IMG/VR virus record: IMGVR_UViG_3300021256_002164
Coordinates: 1-64,000 of that record
DNA length: 64,000 bases
Strand: one strand, 5' to 3'
Source: a virus
Taxonomy: Duplodnaviria > Heunggongvirae > Uroviricota > Caudoviricetes
Part shown: positions 1 to 8,740 of the stretch, one piece after another
Layout of the letters: each line of letters starts with the position of its first letter
Position numbering within the stretch: position 1 is the first letter of the stretch
Program-made: the position numbers and the translations under genes
The notes under the pieces: generated by a model
Database searches by the model: none
The model's input: the letters and a program-made list of their open reading frames with translations, nothing else
What the model was told of the DNA's origin: nothing

Positions 1-1
1 A

Positions 2-133
2 CGTGATGAATTACTTCGGCAAAATATAGAAATGAAAAAAGAATTAGACTATATTAAGAATACAACAGAAAAACAAATGTATATTAATGATTTGAATAAT
101 TTATATAAACAACTTGAAAAAGACTTTAACTAA
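2..133 (+). CDS. 3' end of an upstream ORF (C-terminal fragment), hypothetical
   Basis: Open frame from the window edge to TAA at 131..133; Lys/Glu-rich helical tail. Start lies outside the window. Confidence 0.35.
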   Translation, partial: RDELLRQNIEMKKELDYIKNTTEKQMYINDLNNLYKQLEKDFN

Positions 134-164
134 TAATTAATTTTTAACTTTTAATTTTATAATT

Positions 165-983
165 ATGAAGAAATTTACATTTATCTTTGCATTGATTTTG
201 AGTGTTTGTTTTTTGACTTCTTGCCATAGTGTTTCACCTAAGGCTGGTGAAGAAGCTGTTCTTACATATACACCTTGGTTCTTCGGACATGGCGGTGTAG
301 ATCATCAGGCAGTCCCAACAGGTCTTACTTGGTGTGTATTTAGTACTCATGCAACAATCTTTCCAATTGTACCGGTAAAGAATCAAGTAGACATGAATGA
401 TTTGTTTAGTGATGACAATACACCATTGGACTTTCACACAGTTATTAGGACACAGATTATTCAAGGTAAATCACCTATCCTATTGGAAAACTATGGTGAG
501 AATTGGTTTGATGCTAACTTGTACAACTATTATTGTAATCTTATCCGAGACCAAATTTCACAGCATTCGCCATTTGATTTGATGAGTAATCGAGAAGTAT
601 TGAATGAAATTGATGAGAAGGTAAAGGTATCAATGCAAAAGTATATTGCAAAACTATCTGAAGATAAGGAATTTCCGGTTAAGATTATTGCGGTTACTAT
701 TGGTAAAGCTACACCTAATGCAGAACAACTTGCAGAAATGAATAAGACAGCAAGGGCGGTTCAAGCAAGACAAACACAAGAACGTGAGGTTGAAGTTCAG
801 GTTGCTCGTGAAAAAGCAGAACGCCAACGTGCTATGGCAGATAAAGCATACCGTGAGGAACTTGGCTTGAATACACAAGACTTCATTAATCTTAAGTGGA
901 TTGAAACTATTGCTGCTAAGGAAGGTGCAAATATTGATGTAATGGTTGGTCCTGCAACATCAATGTGGAATATTAGACGATAA
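165..983 (+). CDS. SPFH/band-7 (prohibitin/HflK-like) domain lipoprotein
   Basis: Lipoprotein signal peptide with lipobox (…FLTSC). C-terminal Glu/Arg/Gln-rich helical segment (QTQEREVEVQVAREKAERQRAMAD) typical of SPFH-domain proteins. GC content clearly higher than the rest of the window. Confidence 0.55.
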   Translation: MKKFTFIFALILSVCFLTSCHSVSPKAGEEAVLTYTPWFFGHGGVDHQAVPTGLTWCVFSTHATIFPIVPVKNQVDMNDLFSDDNTPLDFHTVIRTQIIQGKSPILLENYGENWFDANLYNYYCNLIRDQISQHSPFDLMSNREVLNEIDEKVKVSMQKYIAKLSEDKEFPVKIIAVTIGKATPNAEQLAEMNKTARAVQARQTQEREVEVQVAREKAERQRAMADKAYREELGLNTQDFINLKWIETIAAKEGANIDVMVGPATSMWNIRR

Positions 984-1007
984 ACATATATAAAATATTT
1001 AATAATA

Positions 1008-1040
1008 AAGGTGGAACTTTAAAGTTCCACCTTTTATATT
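1008..1040. terminator. Rho-independent terminator hairpin (probably bidirectional)
   Basis: Perfect hairpin aaggtggaacttt/aaagttccacctt followed by a T-run; sits between the convergent genes 165..983 (+) and 1061..1804 (-). Confidence 0.7.
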
Positions 1041-1060
1041 TATCATCTTGTTATTATAAT

Positions 1061-1804
1061 TTATATTGCACATTCGCAGTCACCCATATCTTTTCGTTTA
1101 TTTAGTATTTCACAAACTCTACAATATTTATATATATCTTTTACTGTATATATATCTGTATAGACTGAATTGTTTGGGAAATATTTTATTTTACCTGTCC
1201 AGAAATGTGCTGATGGATCATCATATTCCATACACGAAAATGCAAAATCTGACTTAATTGCATAAATAGCTGCATCTACCATTTTGACACGTTGATATTC
1301 ACTTGATAATAAGTGAGCATCTTTGTTATTTTGATTAAGTGCTTCATCAACAAAGAAATGAGAACGATTTGATATTTCAGTATAAGAAGCAATAACATCA
1401 TATTTATCATCTATATTACGAATTGTTTCAGCTATTAAATCTTTAGAACGAAATAACTGATTTACATTTAAAATAATAATCCAATCAGGATGATAATTAT
1501 GTTCAACACCATAACGATAAGTTGCAAAATATTCAAGATACTTATAATCTTTCTGACTACCACAAGGATAATGTATTATATTAGTAAATCCTAATTCCTT
1601 TGCAAATTCTAAAAGCTCTTTATTATCAGATATAATATAAGTTTGTGAGAACAAATCTTGCTCTTGAATAAATATATATGCGAATTTTAATGACTCTTTA
1701 TGTTTTATAATATTTTCTTCAGTATTTCCTCTAACAGTTATAAAAATAGGTATATTGGATATCATAACTATTTTAGGAATTGGTATCTTATTTTTACTCA
1801 TCAT
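1061..1804 (-). CDS. hypothetical protein; weak resemblance to a nucleotide-sugar nucleotidyltransferase fold
   Basis: 247-aa ORF; only weak motif-level similarity (…IIILNVNQLF…). Function not supported beyond that. Confidence 0.4.
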   Translation of the reverse strand: MMSKNKIPIPKIVMISNIPIFITVRGNTEENIIKHKESLKFAYIFIQEQDLFSQTYIISDNKELLEFAKELGFTNIIHYPCGSQKDYKYLEYFATYRYGVEHNYHPDWIIILNVNQLFRSKDLIAETIRNIDDKYDVIASYTEISNRSHFFVDEALNQNNKDAHLLSSEYQRVKMVDAAIYAIKSDFAFSCMEYDDPSAHFWTGKIKYFPNNSVYTDIYTVKDIYKYCRVCEILNKRKDMGDCECAI

Positions 1805-2591
1805 ATTTATAGCGTAAATTAATTAGCTGTGTAATTTCTGCTGCTTGAACATGCAGTTTATTGAAATTAATATTCTCTTCTTGAATTATATGGTCATACT
1901 CTAGAACAATTACTGCTATCAATATATTATTCTTATCATATAATCCTTTGAATATAAGAGATTTTGTAGTATTTTTAACAATATAATAATAAAGAGATGG
2001 ATTTTTATTTCCAAATGTATCTAAATCATTATATAATATGCAATGATTACTTGAATTACGAACATCTTTAAATACTTGGGCTATCGCAGCAAATGCAACA
2101 TCATTCAATGAACCAAGGAATGGAACATAAGTAGGATATATCTTTCTATCATACCATTCATACTTACATGTAAACTTAACAAATGGTGTTCCACTTAAGT
2201 TTTCGTTATGGTTATGGAATTCAAGTATATATGTTCTTTGAGCATTATGAACTTCATTAATAACAGTTACATAGTCATTAATATCAACAGCTAAATCTTC
2301 CTTTTCTTCAACCATTTTATTATGGCGCACTTGCTCATTTTTCTTTTCATTAATAAAATATTGTAATAATTGTTTATCTTGTTCAATAATTGTAGCTGTT
2401 AATTGCTTATTTTGTTCAGATATTTGATATGTCAATTTCTCTCCAATACGTTCGAGGCCTGTAGACATATTATCTGTTAATTTCTGCCCATAATATTTAA
2501 TTATAAAAAATAGAATCATACCAATTAACACAACAAATACGCCAGTTAATCCGTAAGATTCAAATATTGTACCAAATGTTTCCACACGCAA
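1794..2591 (-). CDS. membrane-anchored hypothetical protein
   Basis: N-terminal hydrophobic helix (GVFVVLIGMILFFII) followed by a coiled-coil region; overlaps the downstream gene (ATGA-type overlap). Confidence 0.5.
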   Translation of the reverse strand: MRVETFGTIFESYGLTGVFVVLIGMILFFIIKYYGQKLTDNMSTGLERIGEKLTYQISEQNKQLTATIIEQDKQLLQYFINEKKNEQVRHNKMVEEKEDLAVDINDYVTVINEVHNAQRTYILEFHNHNENLSGTPFVKFTCKYEWYDRKIYPTYVPFLGSLNDVAFAAIAQVFKDVRNSSNHCILYNDLDTFGNKNPSLYYYIVKNTTKSLIFKGLYDKNNILIAVIVLEYDHIIQEENINFNKLHVQAAEITQLINLRYKYDE

Positions 2592-2787
2592 ATTCTTTAA
2601 TTAATATTTATAGTATTTTATTATATGAAATTAATCATAAATAGTTTCTATATTTATATATAATAATAATAATTCAAATGTCTAATTTTATTAATTTGTG
2701 ACCTCTTGAGTAAAAAATTAATATATGTCAATTTAACTTAAACCCTTTATATTACTATATTATATAATAAAAAATATCAATAAATTT

Positions 2788-3609
2788 ATGTTTGAAAAAG
2801 TAAATCCAAGTCATCCAGACAAAATTGCAGATAGAATTGCTGGAGCTATTGTAGATGTAGCATATAAGCAGTGTTCAAACCCTATAATTGCGGTAGAAGT
2901 ATTAATTGGCCATGGTGAATGTAATATTATAATTGAAAGCAATATAGATATTAATAATACAATAATTGAAAATATCGTATATAGGATTTGCGAAGATGAT
3001 ACTATAATTGTTGATATTCATAAAGTTCCACAAGATGAGCACCTAGCAGATAATCAAAATAATAGTCCAAAATGTGGAGATAATGGAATATTCAAAGGTA
3101 CTATTATAACTCGTGAGCAACAATTCTTAACTAATCTTGTTGGAAAAATTTATCAAACATATCCTTATGATGGTAAATATATAATTGATAATAGTAAGAT
3201 AATTGGTTGCCAATCACACATTAAAAATGATGAATTATATAATTACTTAAATTGTAATGGGTATAATCCTATAGTAAATCCTCTTGGCGAATGGACTGGC
3301 GGAATTAATGTTGATTGTGGAGCAACTAATCGTAAACTTGGATCAGATATGGGTGACTCAGTAACAGGAGGTGGTCTCCATGGTAAAGATTTATCTAAAG
3401 CAGATGTTTCAGTTAATATTTATTGTTTCTTAAAAGCACAAGGTAGTTTTGATAATTCAGATTGTCAATTAAGTTGTGCTATTGGTGATGAAACTATTGA
3501 TGGATTACCATATTCTGCAATTATGAATATTGCTTATGATTATATTAAGAGTATTGGTGGTTTTGAAAAGTTTGCTGAATGGGGATTAATACGTCCAAAT
3601 AATTATTAA
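2788..3609 (+). CDS. metK-like: truncated/minimal S-adenosylmethionine synthetase (MetK-like)
   Basis: N-terminus SHPDKIADRIAGAIVDV matches the MetK GHPDKIADQISDAVLDA motif. Also CGDNGIFKG ~ GAGDQGLMFG, GG..DCGATNRK ~ GGPMGDCGLTGRK, GGGLHGKDLSKADVS ~ GGGAFSGKDPSKVDRS. Only 273 aa versus about 384 for bacterial MetK. Confidence 0.65.
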   Translation: MFEKVNPSHPDKIADRIAGAIVDVAYKQCSNPIIAVEVLIGHGECNIIIESNIDINNTIIENIVYRICEDDTIIVDIHKVPQDEHLADNQNNSPKCGDNGIFKGTIITREQQFLTNLVGKIYQTYPYDGKYIIDNSKIIGCQSHIKNDELYNYLNCNGYNPIVNPLGEWTGGINVDCGATNRKLGSDMGDSVTGGGLHGKDLSKADVSVNIYCFLKAQGSFDNSDCQLSCAIGDETIDGLPYSAIMNIAYDYIKSIGGFEKFAEWGLIRPNNY

Positions 3610-3629
3610 TAAAATTTAAAATTATATAT

Positions 3630-4745
3630 ATGTTAAACGAAGAAAAAGTATATCAAATTTTAGAAAGGTGGAATGATGAAAGTGACCATTATCTTGGTTC
3701 ACTATTTGGAGCAATATATCATAAATGTCCTGAATGTTATTATTTTCAGTTTAATGATAATCAAGAAATATTTTATGATAAGTATATAAATAAACGAACA
3801 GTTAATAAGGTATCATTAGTTTCATCTCATTGCTTAGATGATAGAAATTTATTATTATCATTTATTAATAAGCCTGATGATTATATGATTATAAATTACT
3901 CACCTACAGAGTATTTAATTCTTGGAAAAAAACAAGATATATTATTGACAATTATTATTAATGATAGTGGAGATAAATCACTTTCTGTATATCAAACTGT
4001 TTATGTTGATAGAAATGTAGAACATAATTTTTTAGATGAATTAAAACCATTCTTTGAATATTCTCAAAGGCATATTGATATTGATTTTGGTATTGCTGCA
4101 GTAGATGCTAGTGGTAGTATATATACTAATTATTATGATTATTATACAGTAGATGTAGATATTAATAAAAATTATAATGATGATATTCCATATGATAAGA
4201 TGATTAATATTCTTAAAGATGATAGTAAGTCGTCATTAATGCTATTTTATGGTGATCCAGGAACCGGAAAATCTACAATAATAAAACATTTTATAGGAAG
4301 ATTACCTGCAAAAGAATTTGTTTTTGTTGATGGTGCACTCTTAGCAAATGTACAGCAAGATAGATTAATGTCTTATTTCTTAGAAAATCAAGATACAGTA
4401 TTTATTTTTGAAGATTGTGAAAAAATATTACTAAGTAGAGATCATAATTATAATCCAACAATGTCAATACTTCTTAATTTAACTGATGGTATTATTAGTG
4501 ATGTTTTGAATATTAAAATTATTTGTACATTTAATACTTCTTTGTCAAATATTGATAAGGCACTATTACGAAAGGGACGTTTGACAATGAAATATGAATT
4601 CAAAAAGTTAAATAAAGAAAAAGCACAGAAACTATTACCTAATGAAACAATTACGCAGGATATGTCTTTAGCAGATATTTATAATTATTATGAAGAAAAC
4701 GATTTTAGTAAGAAACAACAAAATAAAATAGGGTTCAGTGTTTAA
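3630..4745 (+). CDS. AAA+ ATPase with an N-terminal domain of unknown function
   Basis: Walker A GDPGTGKST, Walker B VFIFEDCE, sensor-1-like ICTFNT, Arg-finger region LLRKGRL. N-terminal ~200 aa unassigned (CPECYYF). Confidence 0.7.
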   Translation: MLNEEKVYQILERWNDESDHYLGSLFGAIYHKCPECYYFQFNDNQEIFYDKYINKRTVNKVSLVSSHCLDDRNLLLSFINKPDDYMIINYSPTEYLILGKKQDILLTIIINDSGDKSLSVYQTVYVDRNVEHNFLDELKPFFEYSQRHIDIDFGIAAVDASGSIYTNYYDYYTVDVDINKNYNDDIPYDKMINILKDDSKSSLMLFYGDPGTGKSTIIKHFIGRLPAKEFVFVDGALLANVQQDRLMSYFLENQDTVFIFEDCEKILLSRDHNYNPTMSILLNLTDGIISDVLNIKIICTFNTSLSNIDKALLRKGRLTMKYEFKKLNKEKAQKLLPNETITQDMSLADIYNYYEENDFSKKQQNKIGFSV

Positions 4746-4778
4746 ATTATTATAGTTGTTAAAAAATATATTTGTAGG

Positions 4779-4854
4779 GTTCTGGAACTTAATATGTGAA
4801 TACGCCATAGTAATATATAGAAGCAAAAACATATAATAAAGTTCCAGAACTTTT
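4779..4854. terminator. Long inverted repeat (gttctggaactt … aagttccagaac) followed by a T-run; bidirectional terminator-like
   Basis: 12-bp perfect arms enclosing a ~48-nt loop that contains the 20-mer taatatatagaagcaaaaac; TTTTATT follows. Lies between convergent genes. Confidence 0.45.
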
Positions 4855-4855
4855 A

Positions 4856-5086
4856 TTATATAAATTCATATTGTAAATTTTTCATATTACAACCAATAGT
4901 TAATTTTTTATGGTTTGATATATTCTTAGTGTCTAATATTATTTCATTATTACTTAAATATATATTATATACATATACTTTAACATCAAAATTTGGGAAG
5001 AATTCACAATCAGATATAAAATGAATTTTTCTATGATTAAACTGTTCACAAATATCTATATATGACAATTTTGATACTAATTTCAT
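4856..5086 (-). CDS. hypothetical small protein
   Basis: 76-aa ORF, AT-rich, no recognisable motifs. Confidence 0.3.
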   Translation of the reverse strand: MKLVSKLSYIDICEQFNHRKIHFISDCEFFPNFDVKVYVYNIYLSNNEIILDTKNISNHKKLTIGCNMKNLQYEFI

Positions 5087-5126
5087 TTATATAAGTTATT
5101 TTTATATATATTTAATAATATGTTTA

Positions 5127-5612
5127 ATGAAAGCATTCAATACATATATACAAGAAAAATTTATTCTAAATAAGAATACAAAAGTTCAAACATATATAAA
5201 GGATTGCAGTCAAGGTGATATTGTATATTTATTAAAACTCCATATTGATAGTGGATATATGAAAGAAGATACAGGTAAAGTTATAGAAAATACATGTAAA
5301 ACTATCAATAATGTATCTGTAAAAGATTCTATTAAATGTATAGTACAAATAAGTAAATATAAAAAAATGCAATATATATTTACAAATGGTATAAACTTTG
5401 ATGATAAATCATATATTGCTGTTCAAGAATGGAATGATATATTATATATTATTTCAAGAAATGAAGACTATATAAAAATTATTAAAGATAATACTGATAA
5501 AATATGTAAAGAACTTTGGAAAATAAATGATAATTTATATAATAAGGATGCAGATCAAAAAGAAAAAGATTTAGCATGTTTAAATTATTTTAAAACAAAC
5601 TTTAAATTATAA
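5127..5612 (+). CDS. hypothetical protein; N-terminal motif shared with the DUF285-repeat paralogs at 24–27 kb
   Basis: N-terminus MKAFNTYIQEKFILNKNTK resembles MKNLNQYIQEKFEINKNTK of the three DUF285 genes, but the repeat body is absent. Confidence 0.45.
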   Translation: MKAFNTYIQEKFILNKNTKVQTYIKDCSQGDIVYLLKLHIDSGYMKEDTGKVIENTCKTINNVSVKDSIKCIVQISKYKKMQYIFTNGINFDDKSYIAVQEWNDILYIISRNEDYIKIIKDNTDKICKELWKINDNLYNKDADQKEKDLACLNYFKTNFKL

Positions 5613-5661
5613 AATAGATATAACTATATTAAAATATATAAAATTTGTTCTTTGAAACTTT

Positions 5662-5989
5662 GGGGCTATTTTGGATTTGATTGGATATGTGACTTTAAGA
5701 ATCATGCAGGAGTGTTGAATCCTTAAATTTGACAAAACAATAAATGACGATAATTTTGAATATCGTATGGCTGCCTAACCTTTAGAAGGTTGATAAATAT
5801 CTTTAGGGCATATGCCGGCGCAGTGAGAACCTTTATTAAGGTCGTAGCAACAGAAGCCTCACAAACTACTTCAAACCATAATAATGTTAATCAGGTGAAA
5901 CATAAGTGAACTACATATATTTATAAAAGCATGTAATAAGTTCTTTTAGAAGTGTATTTAAGACGTGGGTTCGAGTCCCACTAGCTCCA
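5662..5989 (+). ncRNA. ssrA: tmRNA (SsrA)
   Basis: 5' end GGGGCTATTTTGGATTTGATTGG resembles the canonical GGGGCUGAUUCUGGAUUCGAC. 3' tRNA-like domain has T-arm GTGGG-TTCGAGT-CCCAC. Acceptor strand TAGCTCC pairs with 5' GGGGCTA, followed by discriminator A. Internal tag ORF …GAC GAT AAT TTT GAA TAT CGT ATG GCT GCC TAA (…DDNFEYRMAA*) ends at 5778. A terminator hairpin follows at 6010..6038. Confidence 0.7.
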
Positions 5990-6009
5990 CAAAATAATTA
6001 AATAATATA

Positions 6010-6038
6010 GAAGTAATATCTATTGCTTCTTTTTTTTG
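6010..6038 (+). terminator. Rho-independent terminator after the tmRNA
   Basis: Hairpin gaagtaata-tc-tattgcttc followed by TTTTTTTTT. Confidence 0.6.
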
Positions 6039-6204
6039 TATTGTTCTTTGAGCAATGCCACAGATTCTAAATCAAAATATAAGATTGGGATCTTGAGTAG
6101 AAATACTCAACATACTAAAAATATATGAGAAATAGAGGCTATGACAAAGCTAAATTTAAATCGTAATTTCAAATCTATGTTACAGTCTTTATACTGTAAT
6201 TAGG

Positions 6205-6858
6205 ATGCGAAAAATTTTATTAATTTTATGTTGTATATTATTTATAAGTAATATACATGGACAACAAATAGCACGTGCAGATGCTATTCTCTCTCTTGAA
6301 ACAATTCTTAATTCTTCTTGGCATAAATCAATGATAAATCCAGCAGAGGATGTGTATGATGATATATGGGATCATACTCATATTAATTGTTATTCAACAT
6401 TAAAAATGGAAAAGAATACATTAATTGATTTACAAGATTTTCATATGCCAATAAATAAAAATGAAATTGTAGTAACTTCTCAATATGGATATAGAAAACA
6501 ATTTAAAAGAAATCACTATGGAATTGACTTAAAAGTTCATACCGGAGATACTATATATTCAACATTTTCAGGAAAAATAAGAATTGTAAAATATGAGCCA
6601 AAAGGATATGGGAAAGTTATTGTTATACGGCATTTTAATGGCCTGGAAACAATTTACGGACATTTATCTAAACAATTAGTAAAAGAAAATGAATATGTTT
6701 ATGCAGGTCAACCTATTGGATTAGGTGGTTCTACAGGTCGTTCAACTGGCCAGCATCTTCATTTAGAAACTAAATATGGAAATGCTCATATTAATCCACA
6801 GAAGATATTTAATTTTAAATATCAAGATATCACAGATGATAAATATTTATATAAATAA
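6205..6858 (+). CDS. M23 family metallopeptidase (lysostaphin-like), secreted
   Basis: Signal peptide. M23 motifs HYGIDL (HxxxD) and GSTGRSTGQHLHLE (HxH). Candidate cell-wall hydrolase or lysin. Confidence 0.8.
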   Translation: MRKILLILCCILFISNIHGQQIARADAILSLETILNSSWHKSMINPAEDVYDDIWDHTHINCYSTLKMEKNTLIDLQDFHMPINKNEIVVTSQYGYRKQFKRNHYGIDLKVHTGDTIYSTFSGKIRIVKYEPKGYGKVIVIRHFNGLETIYGHLSKQLVKENEYVYAGQPIGLGGSTGRSTGQHLHLETKYGNAHINPQKIFNFKYQDITDDKYLYK

Positions 6859-6860
6859 AA

Positions 6861-6886
6861 ATTGGACTCTATAGAGTCCAATTTTT
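6861..6886. terminator. Bidirectional rho-independent terminator
   Basis: Hairpin ttggactc-tata-gagtccaa followed by TTTTTT, between convergent genes. Confidence 0.7.
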
Positions 6887-7359
6887 TAATTAAAGAATTT
6901 TTCAGTTATTATAATAAATTTCATATTATTCTTTTCTGCAAAAGCTTTAGCTGCATTCCATTTATCTACATTTATTACCCATTGTTCTTTTAACCATTCA
7001 GAATCTGCTGAACTTGGTTTAATTGTTTGATCATACGGTTTTATTTCTACTATTGTACGTTCTCCTTTATAATTTTCAATAATATAATCAGGATAATAAT
7101 GTGATTCTTTATCTTTCAATCTACTAAAATATGGTATAGATATTGGTTCTGATGCCCATTTAGTTATTTTTGGATTATTTTCACAAAACTGTATAAATTG
7201 TAATTCTAATCCAGAACGATATATAATGGGCTCATCTTTAACACTACCAAATAATTTTTTACATTGATTTATTGGTATATATCCTTGATGATACCTAGAT
7301 TTTTTACGAGGCTTAAGTTTTTTTATTTGATTATTCTCTAAAACTTTTGGATCTATCAT
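6886..7359 (-). CDS. hypothetical protein with a PD-(D/E)xK-like nuclease signature
   Basis: YYPDYIIENYKGERTIVEIKPY resembles a D…(E/D)xK restriction-endonuclease-fold core. Weak. Confidence 0.35.
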   Translation of the reverse strand: MIDPKVLENNQIKKLKPRKKSRYHQGYIPINQCKKLFGSVKDEPIIYRSGLELQFIQFCENNPKITKWASEPISIPYFSRLKDKESHYYPDYIIENYKGERTIVEIKPYDQTIKPSSADSEWLKEQWVINVDKWNAAKAFAEKNNMKFIIITEKFFN

Positions 7360-7386
7360 ACCAAATATAATAATTTATATATTAAA

Positions 7387-7415
7387 AATAAAAAAATCCT
7401 ATCTTTCGATAGGAT
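7387..7415 (-). terminator. Rho-independent terminator at the end of the minus-strand tail-fibre operon
   Basis: Hairpin atcctatc-tttc-gataggat; on the minus strand it is followed by a T-run. Confidence 0.6.
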
Positions 7416-7440
7416 TTTAATATAAATATATTAATTATTT

Positions 7441-8694
7441 TTATGAACCTGCACCAACAATTTCCCAAGTAATAACATTATTAAGATTATTAGTTAAATC
7501 ATCTAATTTAGTATTTAATAATGATTGATTAATAACATAATTTTCATTATGGTCCCCATATGAAGTTACTGTTACTAATCCTGTTGTTCCTGTAACTGTT
7601 TGATTATATTTACTATCAACTGCAGATTGCAATGCAGAAATAGCACTTGCATTAGCAGCAATACCACTTGCATTAACTACAATACCTGTATAATTATTTA
7701 TAATCTTAGCATTAAGACCAGTATATACACCAGTAATTGCATTTGCTACACTAGTATTAGCATTTGCGATTTTAGCTGAATTTCCTGAAATATTATCTGC
7801 TAAATGCTTTAATGATGTTTGTAAAGGTACTATTAAACTATCTGTACCTTCATTTAAATTAGACTGAATACCTTTATAATTAGTTACACCTGTAAAATTA
7901 TTTCTAAGTTGTAATGTTGTTAATGCATCAAGTAATGTATTTAAGTATTCACCCTCTGCGCCAGTTACACCATAAAGTTCATCTTTAATATGTTGAATTT
8001 GCGTTAATACAGTACTTAATCCAGATTCACCATTAGATAAAGTATCAATAGCTGAAGTTAAACTCTCTAATTTTTGAGTTAATGCGTCTTGATGAATAGT
8101 ATAAGTTTCTTTATATGTACCAGAAGTAGATAATGTTAAATATCCTGTTGCTTTATCTAATTCAACAGTTTGATTATGTAATGCTGAAATAGCACTTGCA
8201 TTAGCTGCAATACCACTAGCATTAGCAACAATACCTGTATGATTTGTTGCAATTCTACCTTGAATACCAGTTAATTCAGTACCTAAATTAGTTTCAAGAG
8301 AATTTTTATAAGTATCAAATCTGCTATTAATACCACTAATTCCATTCCATAATTGATTATGTGTTTCATTACCAGTTGCAACAATACCGCTTAGACCTTC
8401 CCATAATGCAGAAATTCCGCTTGCATTAACAGCAATTGCAGTTTCATGACTTGCTAATTCTGCTACAACAGCTTCTAATGATTGTGGATTAGAACCAGTT
8501 GCGCCAATAACGTTAATTAATCTATCATACTCTGCTTTAGTTAATGTATGAAAATCATATGCTGCGCCACCAGCATAAATAATTTGAGCGCCGTGGTCAA
8601 AAGTTATTGTATGTCCTTCAGTAATAGTTGCTAAACCAGTTTTCGCAGCATTAACTATAATATTTAATTGATCTGGATATCCTAAATTTGCCAT
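7441..8694 (-). CDS. tail fibre protein (internally duplicated Ala/Ser/Gly-rich repeats)
   Basis: Repeated segments NASGIAANASAISAL(H/Q); Gly/Thr/Ser/Asn-rich β-structure-like composition; sits in a block of fibre genes. Confidence 0.6.
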   Translation of the reverse strand: MANLGYPDQLNIIVNAAKTGLATITEGHTITFDHGAQIIYAGGAAYDFHTLTKAEYDRLINVIGATGSNPQSLEAVVAELASHETAIAVNASGISALWEGLSGIVATGNETHNQLWNGISGINSRFDTYKNSLETNLGTELTGIQGRIATNHTGIVANASGIAANASAISALHNQTVELDKATGYLTLSTSGTYKETYTIHQDALTQKLESLTSAIDTLSNGESGLSTVLTQIQHIKDELYGVTGAEGEYLNTLLDALTTLQLRNNFTGVTNYKGIQSNLNEGTDSLIVPLQTSLKHLADNISGNSAKIANANTSVANAITGVYTGLNAKIINNYTGIVVNASGIAANASAISALQSAVDSKYNQTVTGTTGLVTVTSYGDHNENYVINQSLLNTKLDDLTNNLNNVITWEIVGAGS

Positions 8695-8740
8695 ATTTTT
8701 AAATATATATTATAAATTTATTATTTTATTATTTTAATTT

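Noticed and set aside
234-878. Short ORFs overlapping the SPFH lipoprotein gene on both strands (234..464-, 397..582+, 654..878-)
   Set aside because: Embedded in a well-supported longer ORF with a signal peptide and conserved domain; no independent signals.
5965-5981. tRNA-like T-arm (GTGGG-TTCGAGT-CCCAC) considered as a stand-alone tRNA gene
   Set aside because: No D-arm or anticodon arm immediately upstream; together with the GGGG 5' end 300 nt upstream and an internal tag ORF it fits the 3' tRNA-like domain of a tmRNA.
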